Positions 29,501 to 42,900 of a stretch of 64,000 nt of DNA are shown one piece after another (position 1 is the first letter of the stretch; every line of letters starts with the position of its first letter). A program made the position numbers and the translations under genes. The notes beneath the pieces were generated by a model. That model ran no database searches, was not told where the DNA came from, and saw only the letters and a list, made by a program, of their open reading frames with translations. Source of the stretch: Eledone cirrhosa (lineage: Eukaryota). The stretch is taken from NCBI GenBank assembly GCA_964016885.1, contig OZ024740.1, forward strand, positions 430,218,001 through 430,282,000. The letters are read 5' to 3'.

Positions 29501-32089
29501 ATATGGTTTAGAGGGTAACACTAACCCTAACCTTCTAAATATTGTTTAGAGGGTAACACTAACCCTAAACCTCTAAATGTTGTTTAGAGGATAACACTAA
29601 CCCTAACCTTCTAAATGTTGTTCAGAGAGTAACACTAACCCTAACCCTCTAAATGTTGTTTAGAGGGTAACACTAACCCTAACTCTCTAAATGTTGTTTA
29701 GAGGGTAACACTAACCCTAACCCTCTAAATATTGTTTAGAGGGTAACACTAACCCTAACCTTCTAAATGTTGTTTAGAGGATAACACTAAACCTAACACT
29801 CTAAATATTGTTTTTTAGGGTAACACTAACCCTAAACTTCTAAATATTGTTTAGAGGATAACATTAACCCTAACCTTCTAAATATTGTTTAGAGGGTAGC
29901 ACTAACTCGAACCCTCTAAATATTGTTTAGAGGGTAACACTAACCCGAACCTTCTAAATATTGTTTAGAGGGTAACACTAACCCTAACCCTCTGAATATT
30001 GTTTAGACGGTAACACTAACCCTAACCCTCTAAATATTGTTTAGAGGGTAACACTAACCCTAACCCTCTAAATATGGTTTAGAGGGTAACACTAACCCTA
30101 ACCCTCTAAATGTTGTTTAGAGAGTAACACTAACCCTAACCCTCTATATATTGTTTAGAGGGTAACACTAACCCTAACCCTCTAAATGTTGTTTAGAGGA
30201 TAACACTAACCCTAACCCTCTATATGTTGTTTAGAGGGTAACACTAACCCTAACCTTCTAAATATTGTTTAGAGGGTAACACTAACCCTAACCCTCTAAA
30301 TATTGTTTAGAGGGTAACACTAATCCTAACCCTCTAAACATTGTTTAGAGAGTAACACTAACCCTAACCTTCTAAATATTGTTTAGAGAGTAACACTAAC
30401 CCTAACCTTCTAAATATTGTTTAGAGAGTAACACTAACCCTAACCCTCTAAATATTGTTTAGAGGGTAACACTAATCCTAACCCTCTAAATATTGTTTAG
30501 AGAGTAACACTAACCCTAACCTTCTAAATATTGTTTAGAGGGTAACACTAACCCTAACCCTCTAAATATTGTTTAGAGGGTAACACTAACCCTAACCCTC
30601 TAAATATTGTTTAGAGGGTAACACTAATCCTAACACTCTAAATATTGTTTAGAGGGTAACACTAACCCTAACCCTCTAAATATTGTTTAGAGAGTAACAC
30701 TAACCCTAACCCTCTAAATCTTGTATAGAGGTTAATACTAACCCTAACCCTCAAAATATTGTTTAGAGGGTAACACTAACCCTAACCCTCTAAATCTTGT
30801 ATAGAGGTTAATACTAACCCTAAACTTCTAAATATTCTTTAGAGGGTAACTGTAACCCTAACCCTCTAAATATTGTTTAGAGCGTAACACTAACCCTAAC
30901 ACTCTAAATATTGTTTAGAGGGTAACACTAACCCGAACACTCTAAATATTGATTAGAGGGTAACACTAAACCTAACATTCTAAATATTGTTTAGAGTATA
31001 ACACTAATCCTAACACTCTAAATATTGTTTAGAGGGTAACACTAACCCTAACCTTCTAAATATTGTTTAGAGAGTAACACTAACGCTAACACTCTAAATA
31101 TTGTTTAGAGGGTAACACTAACCCTAACCTTCTAAATATTATTTAGAGGATAACACTAACCCTAACACTCTAAATATTGTTTTTTAGGGTAACACTAACC
31201 CTAACCCTCTAAATATTGTTTAGAGGGTAACACTAACCCGAACCCTCTAAATATGGTTTAGAGGGTAACACTAACCCTAAACTTCTAAATATTGTTTAGA
31301 GGGTAACACTAACCCTAACCTTCTAAATATTGTTTAGAGGGTAACACTAAGCCTAACCCTCTAAATGTTGTTTAGAGGATAACACTAACCCTAACCTTCT
31401 AAATATTGTTTAGAGGGTAACACTAAGCCTAAACCTCTAAATGTTGTTTAGAGGGTAACACTAACCCTAACCCTCTAAATGTTGTTTAGAGGGTAACACT
31501 AACCCTAACCCTCTAAATATTGTTTAGAGGGTAACACTAACCCTAACCTTCTAAATGTTGTTTAGAGGATAACACTAACCCTAACACTCTAAATATTGTT
31601 TTTTAGGGTAACACTAACCCTAAACTTCTAAATATTGTTTAGAGGATAACATTAACCCTAACCTTCTAAATATTGTTTAGAGGGTAACACTAACTCGAAC
31701 CCTCTAAATATTGTTTAGAGGGTAACACTAACCCGAACCTTCTAAATATTGTTTAGAGGGTAACACTAACCCTAACCCTCTAAATATTGTTTAGACGGTA
31801 ACACTAACCCTAACCCTCTAAATATTGTTTAGAGGGTAGCACTAACCCTAACCCTCTAAATATGGTTTAGAGGGTAACACTAACCCTAACCTTCTAAATA
31901 TTGTTTAAAGGGTAACACTAACCCTAACCTTCTAAATATTGTTTAGGGGGTAACACTAACCCTAACCCTCTAAATGTTGTTTAGAGGGTAACACTAACCC
32001 TAACCCTCTAAATATTGTTTAGAGAGTAACACTAACCCTAACCCTCTATATATTGTTTAGAGGGTAACACTAACCCTAACCCTCTAAAT
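26572..32089. repeat. Near-perfect tandem duplication of a 2,739-bp (72-monomer) unit
   Basis: Marker pairs all offset by 2739: GATGGTAAC 26734/29473, GGGTAGCACTAACTCG 27160/29899, TAACTGTAA 28112/30851, TTAGGGGGT 29206/31945. Confidence 0.92.
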
Positions 32090-35000
32090 GTTGTTTAGAG
32101 GGTAACACTAACCCTAACCTTCTAAATATTGTTTAGAGGGTAACACTAAACCTAACCCTCTAAACATTGTTTAGAGAGTAACACTAACCCTAACCTTCTA
32201 AATATTGTTTAGAGAGTAACACTAATCCTAACCTTCTAAATATTGTTTAGAGAGTAACACTAATCCTAACCCTCTAAATATTGTTTAGAGGGTAACACTA
32301 ATCCTAACACTCTAAATATTGTTTAGAGAGTAACACTAACCCTAACCTTCTAAATATTGTTTAGAGGGTAACACTAACCCTAACCCTCTAAATATTGTTT
32401 AGAGGGTAACACTAACCCTAACCCTCTAAATATTGTTTAGAGGGTAACACTAATCCTAACACTCTAAATATTGTTTAGAGGGTAACACTAACCCAAACCC
32501 TCTAAATATTGTTTACAGAGTAACACTAACCCTAACCCTTTAAATCTTGTATAGAGGTTAATACTAACCCTAACCCTCAAAATATTGTTTAGAGGGTAAC
32601 ACTAACCCTAACCCTCTAAATCTTGTATAGAGGTTAATACTAACCCTAAACTTCTAAATATTCTTTAGAGGGTAACTGTAACCCTAACCCTCTAAATATT
32701 GTTTAGAGGGTAACACTAACCCTAACACTCTAAATATTGTTTAGAGGGTAACACTAACCCTAACCCTCTAAATATTGTTTAGAGGGTAACACTAACCCTA
32801 ACCCTCTAAATATTGTTTAGAGGGTAACACTAACCCTAACCCTCTAAATATTGTTTAGAGGGTAACGCTAACCGTAACCCTCTAAATATTGTTTAGATGG
32901 TAACACTAACCCTAACCCTCTAAATATGGTTTAGAGGGTAACACTAACCCTAACCTTCTAAATATTGTTTAGAGGGTAACACTAACCCTAAACCTCTAAA
33001 TGTTGTTTAGAGGATAACACTAACCCTAACCTTCTAAATGTTGTTCAGAGAGTAACACTAACCCTAACCCTCTAAATGTTGTTTAGAGGGTAACACTAAC
33101 CCTAACTCTCTAAATGTTGTTTAGAGGGTAACACTAACCCTAACCCTCTAAATATTGTTTAGAGGGTAACACTAACCCTAACCTTCTAAATGTTGTTTAG
33201 AGGATAACACTAAACCTAACACTCTAAATATTGTTTTTTAGGGTAACACTAACCCTAAACTTCTAAATATTGTTTAGAGGATAACATTAACCCTAACCTT
33301 CTAAATATTGTTTAGAGGGTAACACTAACTCGAACCCTCTAAATATTGTTTAGAGGGTAACACTAACCCGAACCTTCTAAATATTGTTTAGAGGGTAACA
33401 CTAACCCTAACCATCTAAATATTGTTTAGACGGTAACACTAACCCTAACCCTCTAAATATTGTTTAGAGAGTAACACTAACCCTAACCCTCTATATATTG
33501 TTTAGAGGGTAACACTAACCCTAACCCTCTAAATGTTGTTTAGAGGATAACACTAACCCTAACCCTCTAAATGTTGTTTAGAGGGTAACACTAACCCTAA
33601 CCTTCTAAATATTGTTTAGAGGGTAACACTAACCCTAACCTTCTAAATATTGTTTAGAGAGTAACACTAATCCTAACCCTCTAAATATTGTTTAGAGGGT
33701 AACACTAATCCTAACCCTCTAAATATTGTTTAGAGAGTAACACTAACCCTAACCCTCAAAATAGTGTTTAGAGGGTAACACTAACCCTAACCCTCTAAAT
33801 CTTGTATAGAGGTTAACACTAACCCTAAACTTCTAAATATTGTTTAGCGGGTAACTGTAACCCTAACCCTCTAAATATTGTTTAGAGGGTAACACTAACC
33901 CTAACACTCTAAATATTGTTTAGAGGGTAACACTAACCCTAACACTCTAAATATTGTTTAGAGGGTAACACTAACCCTAACCTTCTAAATATTGTTTAGA
34001 GGATAACACTAACCCTAACACTCTAAATATTGTTTAGAGGGTAACACTAACCCTAACCTTCTAAATATTGTTTAGAGAGTAACACTAACGCTAACACTCT
34101 AAATATTGTTTAGAGGGTAACACTAACCCTAACCTTCTAAATATTATTTAGAGGATATCACTAACCCTAACACTCTAAATATTGTTTAGAGGATAACACT
34201 AACCCTAACACTCTAAATATTGTTTAGAGGGTAACACTAATCCTAACACTCTAAATGTTGTTTAGAGAGTAACACTAACCCTAACCCTCTATATATTGTT
34301 TAGAGGGTAACACTAACCCTAACCCTCTAAATATTGTTTAGAGGGTAACACACACCTTAACCCTCTAAATATTGTTTAGAGAGTAACACTAACCCTAACC
34401 CTCTAAATGTTGTTTAGAGGGTAACACAAATCCTAACCTTCTAAATATTGTTTAGAGGGTAACACTAACCCTAACCCTCTAAATATTGTTTAGAGAGTAA
34501 CACTAACCCCAACCCTCAAAATATTGTTTAGAGGGTAACACTAACCCTAACCCTCTAAATATTGTTTAGAGAGTAACACTAACCCCAACCCTCAAAATAT
34601 TGTTTAGAGGGTAACACTAACCCTAACCCTCTAAATGTTGTTTAGAGGGTAACACAAATCCTAACCTTCTAAATATTGTTTAGAGGGTAACACTAACCCT
34701 AACCCTCTAAATATTGTTTAGAGGGTAACACTAATCCTAACCCTCTAAATATTGTTTAGAGGGTAACACAAATCCTAACCTTCTAAATATTGTTTAGAGG
34801 GTAACACTAACCCTAACCCTCTAAATATTGTTTAGAGGGTAACACTAATCCTAACCCTCTAAATATTGTTTAGAGGGTAACACAAATCCTAACCTTCTAA
34901 ATATTGTTTAGAGGGTAACGATAACCCTAACCCTCTAAATATTGCTTAGAGAGTAACACTAACCCCAACCCTCAAAATATTGTTTAGAGGGTAACACTAA

Positions 35001-36299
35001 CCCTAACCCTCTAAATATTGTTTAGAGAGTAACACTAACCCCAACCCTCAAAATATTGTTTAGAGGGTAACACTAACCCTAACCCTCTAAATGTTGTTTA
35101 GAGGTTAACACTAATACTAAACCTAACACTCTAAATATTGTTTAGAGGGTAACACTAACCCTAACCTCTAAATATTGTTTAGAGGGCAACACTAACCCTA
35201 ACCTTCTAAATATTGTTTAGAGGGTAACACTAACCCTAACCCTCTAAATGTTGTTTAGAGGATAACACTAACCCTAACCTTCTAAATGTTGTTCAGAGGG
35301 TAACACTAACCCTAACCCTCTAAATGTTGTTTAGAGGGTAACACTAACCCTAACCCTCTAAATGTTGTTTAGAGGGTAACACTAACCCTAACTTTCTAAA
35401 TATTGTTTAGAGAGTAACACTAACCCTAACCCTCTAAATATTGTTTAGAGGGTAACACTAATCCTAACCCTCTAAATATTGTTTAGAGGGTAACACTAAC
35501 CCTTACCCTCTAAATATTGTTTAGAGAGTAACACTAACCCTAACCCTCAAAATATTGTTTAGAGGGTAACACTAACCCTAACTCTCTAAATCTTGTATAG
35601 AGGTTAACACTAACCCTAAACTTCTAAATATTGTTTCGAGGGTAACACTAACCCTAACACTCTAAATATTGTTTAGAGGGTAACACTAACCCTAACCTTC
35701 TAAATATTGTTTAGAGGATAACACTAACCCTAACACTCTAAATATTGTTTAGAGCGTAACACTAACCCTAACCCTCTAAATATTGTTTAGAGAGTAACAT
35801 TAACGCTAACACTCTAAATATTGTTTAGAGGGTAACACTAACCCTAACACTCTAAATATTGTTTAGAGGATAACACTAACCCTAACACTCTAAATATTGT
35901 TTAGAGGGTAACACTAATCCTAACACTCTAAATATTGTTTAGAGAGTAACACTAACCCAAACCCTCTAAATATTGTTTAGAGGGTAACACAAACCCTAAC
36001 CCTCTAAATATTGTTTAGAGAGTAACACTAACCCTAACCTTCTAAGTATTGTTTAGAGAGTAACACTAACCCTAACCCTCTAAATTTTGTTTAGAGGGCA
36101 ACACTAATCCTAACCCTCTAAATATTGTTTAGAGGGTAACACAAATCCTAACACTCTAAATCTTGTTTAGAGGGTAACACTAACCCTAACCCTCTAAATA
36201 TTGTTTAGAGAGTAACACTAATCCTAACCCTCTAAATATTGTTTAGAGGGTAACACTAACCCTAACCCTCTAAATATTGTTTAGAGGGTAACACTAACC

Positions 36300-36960
36300 C
36301 TAACCCTCTAAATGTTGTTTAGAGGTTAACACTAATACTAACCCTAACACTCTAAATATTGTTTAGAGGGTAACACTAACCCTAACCTCTAAATGTTGTT
36401 TAGAGGGCAACACTAACCCTATCCTTCTAAATATTGTTTAGAGGGTAACACTAACCCTAACCCTCTAAATGTTGTTTAGAGGTTAACACTAATACTAACC
36501 CTAACACTCTAAATATTGTTTAGAGGGTAACACTAACCCTAACCTCTAAATGTTGTTTAGAGGGCAACACTAACCCTATCCTTCTAAATATTGTTTAGAG
36601 GGCAACACTAACCCTAACCCTCTAAATATTGTTTAGAGGGTAACACTAACCCTAACCCTCTAAATGTTGTTTAGAGGTTAACACTAATACTAACCCTAAC
36701 ACTCTAAATATTGTTTAGAGGGTAACACTAACCCTAACCTCTAAATGTTGTTTAGAGGGCAACACTAACCCTATCCTTCTAAATATTGTTTAGAGGGCAA
36801 CACTAACCCTAACCCTCTAAATATTGTTTAGAGGGTAACACTAACCCTAACCCTCTAAATGTTGTTTAGAGGTTAACACTAATACTAACCCTAACACTCT
36901 AAATATTGTTTAGAGGGTAACACTAACCCTAACCTCTAAATATTGTTTAGAGGGTAACAC
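36300..36960. repeat. Local sub-repeat of a 44+37+38-bp monomer cassette, 4 copies (periods 157, 195, 195 bp)
   Basis: GGTTAACACTAATACTAACCCTAACAC starts at 36324, 36481, 36676 and 36871. Confidence 0.88.
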
Positions 36961-39900
36961 TAACCCTAACCTTCTAAATGTTGTTTAGAGGGCAACACTA
37001 ACCCTATCCTTCTAAATATTGTTTAGAGGGTAACACTAACCCTAACCCTCTAAATGTTGTTTAGAGGGTAACACTAACCCTAACCTTCTAAATATTGTTT
37101 AGAGAGTAACACTAACCCTAACCCTCTAAATATTGTTTAGAGGGTAACACTAATCCTAACCCTCTAAATATTGTTTAGAGGGTAACACTAACCCTAACCC
37201 TCTAAATATTGTTTAGAGAGTAACACTAACCCTAACCCTCAAAATATTGTTTAGAGGGTAACACTAACCCTAACTCTCTAAATCTTGTATAGAGGTTAAC
37301 ACTAACCCTAAACTTCTAAATATTGTTTAGAGGGTAACAGTAAACCTAACCCTCTAAATATTGTTTAGAGGGTAACACTAACCCTAACCCTCTAAATATT
37401 GTTTAGAGGATAACACTAACCCTAACACTCTAAATATTGTTTAGAGGGTTACACTAACCCTAACCTTCTAAATATTGTTTAGAGAGTAACACTAACGCTA
37501 ACACTCTAAATATTGTTTAGAGGGTAACACTAACCCTAACCTTCTAAATATTATTTAGAGGATAACACTAACCCTAACACTCTAAATATTGTTTAGAGGA
37601 TAACACTAACCCTAACACTCTAAATATTGTTTAGAGGGTAACACTAATCCTAACACTCTAAATGTTGTTTAGAGAGTAACACTAACCCTAACCCTCTAAA
37701 TATTGTTTAGTGGTTAACACAAACCCTAACCCTCTAAATATTGTTTAGAGAGTAACACTAACCCTAACCTTCTAAGTATTGTTTAGAGAGTAACACTCAC
37801 CCTAACCCTCTAAATGTTGTTTAGAGGGCAACACTAATCCTAACCCTCTAAATATTGTTTAGAGGGTAACACAAATCCTAACACTCTAAATATTGTTTAG
37901 AGGGTAACACTAACCCAGACCCTCTAAATATTGTTTAGAGAGTAACACTAATCCTAACCCACTAAATATTGTTTAGAGAGTAACATTAACCCTAACCCTC
38001 AAAATATTGTTTAGAGGGTAACACTAACCCTAACCCTCTAAATCTTGTATAGAGGGTAACACTAACCCTAAACTTCTAAATATTGTTTAGAGGGTAACAC
38101 TAACCCTAAGCCTCTAAATGTTGTTTAGAGTGTAACACTAACCCTAACCTTCTAAATGTTGTTCAGAGGGTAACACTAACCCTAACCCTCTAAATGTTGT
38201 TTAGAGGGTAACACTAACCCCAACCCTCTAAATGTTGTTTAGAGGGTAACACTAACCCTAACCCTCTAAATATTGTTTGAGGGTAACACTAACCCTAACC
38301 TTCTAAATGTTGTTTAGAGGATAACACTAACCCTAACACTCTAAATATTGTTTTTAGGGTAACACTAACCCTAAACTTCTAAATATTGTTTAGAGGATAA
38401 CATTAACACTAACCTTCTAAATATTGTTTAGAGGGTAACACTAACCCTAACCCTCTAAATATTGTTTTTTAGGGTAACACTAACCCTAACCTTCTAAATA
38501 TTGTTTAGAGGGTAACACTAACCCTAACCCTCTAAATATTGTTTAGAAAGTAAAACTAACCCTAACCCTCTAAATATTGTTTAGAGGATAACATTAACAC
38601 TAACCTTCTAAATATTGTTTAGAGGGTAACACTAACCCTAACCTTCTAAATATTGTTTAAAGGGTAACACTAACCCTAACCTTCTAAATATTGTTTAGAG
38701 GGTAACACTAACCCTAACCCGCTAAATGTTGTTTAGAGGGTAACACTAACCCTAACCTTCTAAATATTGTTTAGAGACTAACAATAACCCTAACCCTCTA
38801 TATATTGTTTAGAGGGTAACACTAACCCTAACCCTCTAAATGTTGTTTAGAGGATAACATTAACCCTTACACTCTAAATGTTGTTTAGAGGGTAACACTA
38901 ATCCTAACCTTCTAAATATTGTTTAGAGGGTAACACTAACCCTAACCTTCTAAATATTGTTTAGAGAGTAACACTAACCCTAACCCTCTAAATATTGTTT
39001 AGAGGGTAACACTAATCCTAACCCTCTAAATATTGTTTAGAGGGTAACACTAACACTAACCCTCAAAATATTGTTTAGAGGGTAACACTAACCCTAACCC
39101 TCTAAATCTTGTATAGAGGTTAACACTAACCCTAAACTTCTAAATATTGTTTAGAGGGTAACACTAACCCTAAACCTCTAAATATTGTTTAGAGGGTAAC
39201 ACTAACACTAACCCTAACACTCTAAATATTGTTTAGAGTGTAACACTAACCCTAACCTCTAAATATTGTTTAGAGGGCAACACTAACCCTAACCTTCTAA
39301 ATATTGTTTAGAGTGTAACACTAACCCTAACCCTCTAAATATTGTTTAGAGGGTAACACTAACCCTAACCCTCTAAATATTGTTTAGAGGATAATACTAA
39401 CACTAACCCTCTAAATATTGTTCAGAGGGTAACACTAACGCTAACCCTCTAAATATTGTTTAGAGGGTAACACTAACCCTAACCCTCTAAATATGGTTTA
39501 GAGGGTAACACTAACCCTAACCCTCTAAATATGGTTTAGAGGGTAACACTAACCCTAAACTTCTAAATATTGTTTAGAGGGTAACACTAACCCTAACCTT
39601 CTAAATGTTGTTTAGAGGGTAACACTAACCCTAACCTTCAAAATATTGTTTAGAGGGTAACACTAAGCCTAAACCTCTAAATGTTGTTTAGAGGGTAACA
39701 CTAACCCTAACCCTCTAAATGTTGTTTAGAGGATAACACTAACCCTAACCCTCTAAATATTGTTTAGAGGGTAACACTAACCCTAACCTTCTAAATGTTG
39801 TTTAGAGGATAACACTAACGCTAACACTCTAAATATTGTTTTTTAGGGTAACACTAACCCTAACCTTCAAAATATTGTTTAGAGGGTAACACTAAGCCTA

Positions 39901-42900
39901 AACCTCTAAATGTTGTTTAGAGGGTAACACTAACCCTAACCCTCTAAATGTTGTTTAGAGGATAACACTAACCCTAACCCTCTAAATATTGTTTAGAGGG
40001 TAACACTAACCCTAACCTTCTAAATATTGTTTAGAGGATAACACTGACCCTAACATTCTAAATATTGTTTAGAGGGTAACACTAACCCTAACCCTCTAAA
40101 TATTGTTTAGAGGGTAACACTAACCCTAACCTTCTAAATATTGTTTAGAGGGTAACACTAACCCTAACCCTCTAAATATTGTTTAGAGGGTAACACTAAC
40201 CCTAGCCCTCTAAATATGGTTTAAAGGGTAACACTAACCCTAACCCTCTAAATATTGTTTAGAGGGTAACACTAACCCTAACCTTCTAAATATTGTTTAG
40301 AGGGTAACACTAACCCTAACCCTCTAAATATTGTTTAGAGGGTAACACTAACCCTAACCTTCTAAATGTTGTTTAGAGGATAACACTAACACTAACCCTC
40401 TAAATATTGTTTAGAGGATAACACTAACCCTAACCCTCTAAATATTGTTTAGAGGGTAACACTAACCCTAACCCTCTAAATATTGTTTTTTAGGGTAACA
40501 CTAACCCTAACCTTCTAAATATTGTTTAGAGGGTAACACTAATCCTAACCTTCTAAATATTGTTAAGAGGATAACACTAACCCTAACCTTCTAAATATTG
40601 TTCAGAGTGTAACACTAACCCTAACCCTCTAAATGTTGTTTAGAGGGTAACACTAATCCTAACCTTCTAAATATTGTTTAGAGGATAACACTAACCCTAA
40701 CCTTCTAAATATTGTTTAGAGGGTGACACTAACCCTAACACTCTAAATATTGTTTTTTAGGGTAACACTAACCCTAACATTCTAAATATTGTTTAGAGGG
40801 TAACACTAACCCTAACCTTCTAAATATTGTTTAGAGGGTAACACTAACCCTAACCCTCTAAATATTGTTTAGAGGGTAACACTAACCCTAAACTTCTAAA
40901 TATTGTTAAGAGGATAACACTAACCCTAACCTTCTAAATATTGTTCAGAGTGTAACACTAACACTAACCCTCTAAATATTGTTTAGAGGATAACACTAAC
41001 ACTAACCCTCTAAATATTGTTTAGAGAGTAACACTAACCCTAACCCTCTAAATATTGTTTAGAGGGTAACACTAACCCTAACCCTCTAAATATTGTTTAG
41101 AGGATAACACTAACCCTAACCCTCTAAATATTGTTTAGAGAGTAACACTAACCCTAACCCTCTAAATATTGTTTAGAGGGTAACACTAACCCTAACCCTC
41201 TAAATATTGTTTAGAGGGTAACACTAACCCTAACCCTCTAATTATTGTTTAGAGTCTAACAATAACACTAACCCTCTAAATATGGTTTAGAGGGTAACAC
41301 TAACCCTAAACTTCTAACTATTGTTTAGAGGGTAACACTAACCCTAACCTTCTAAATATAGTTTAAAGGGTAACACTAACCCTAACCCTCTAAATGTTGT
41401 TTAGAGGATAACACTAACCCTAACCTTCTGAATGTTGTTCAGAGGGTAACACTAACCCTAACCCTTTAAATGTTGTTTAGAGGGTAACACTAACCCTAAC
41501 CTTCTAAATATTATTTAGACGGTAACACTAAGCCTAAACCTCTAAATGTTGTTTAGAGGGTAACACTAACCCTAACCCTCTAAATGTTGTTTAGAGTGTA
41601 ACACTAACCCTAACCCTCTAAATATTGTTTAGAGGGTAACACTAACCCTAACTTTCTAAATGTTGTTTAGAGGATAACACTAACCCTAACACTCTAAATA
41701 TTGTTTAGAGGGTAACACTAACCCTAACTTTCTAAATGTTGTTTAGAGGATAATACTAACCCTAACACTCTAAATATTGTTTTTTAGGGTAACACTAACC
41801 CTAACCTTCTAAATATTGTTTAGAGGATACACTAACCCTAACCTTCTAAATATTGTTTAGAGGGTAACACTAACCCTAACGCTCTAAATATTGTTTAGAG
41901 GGTAACACTAACCCTAACCTTCTAAATATTGTTTAGAGGGTAACACTAACCCTAACCCTCTAAATATTGTTTAGAGGGTAACACTAACCCTAACCCTCTA
42001 AACATTGTTTAGAGGTTAACACTAAACCTAACCCTCTAAATATGGTTTAGAAGGTAATACTAACCCTAACCTTCTAAATATTGTTAAGAGGGTAACACTA
42101 AACCTAACCTTCTAAATATTGTTTAGAGAGTAACACTAACCCTAACCCTCTAAATATTGTTTAGAGGGTAACACTAAACCTAACCCTCTAAATGTTGTTT
42201 AGAGAGTAACACTAACCCTAACCCTCTAAATGTTGTTTAGAGGATAACACTAACCCTAACCCTCTAAATGTTGTTTAGAGGGTAACACTAACCCTAACCT
42301 TCTAAATATTGTTTAGAGGGTAACACTAACCCTAACCTTCTAAATATTGTTTAGAGAGTAACACTAACCCTAACCCTCTAAGTATTGTTTAGAGGGTAAC
42401 ACTAATCCTAACCCTCTAAATATTGTTTAGAGGCTAACACTAACCCTAACCCTCTAAATATTGTTTAGAGGCTAACACTAAACCTAACCCTCTAACTAAT
42501 GTTTAGAGAGTAACACTAACCCTAACCCTCAAAATATTGTTTAGATGGTAACACTAACCCTAACCTTCTAAATATTGTTTAGAGGATAACACTAACACTA
42601 ACCTTCTAAATATTGTTTAGAGGGTAACACTAACCCTAACCCTCTAAATATTGTTTAGAGTGTAACACTAACCCTAACCTTCTAAATATTGTTTAGAGGG
42701 TAACACTAACCCTAACCCTCTAAATATTGTTTAGAGGGTAACACTAACCCTAACCCTCTAAATATTGTTTAGAGTCTAACAATAACACTAACCCTCTAAA
42801 TATGGTTTAGAGGGTAACACTAACCCTAAACTTCTAAATATTGTTTAGAGAGTAACACTAACCCTAACCCTCTAAATATTGTTTAGAGGGTAACACTAAA

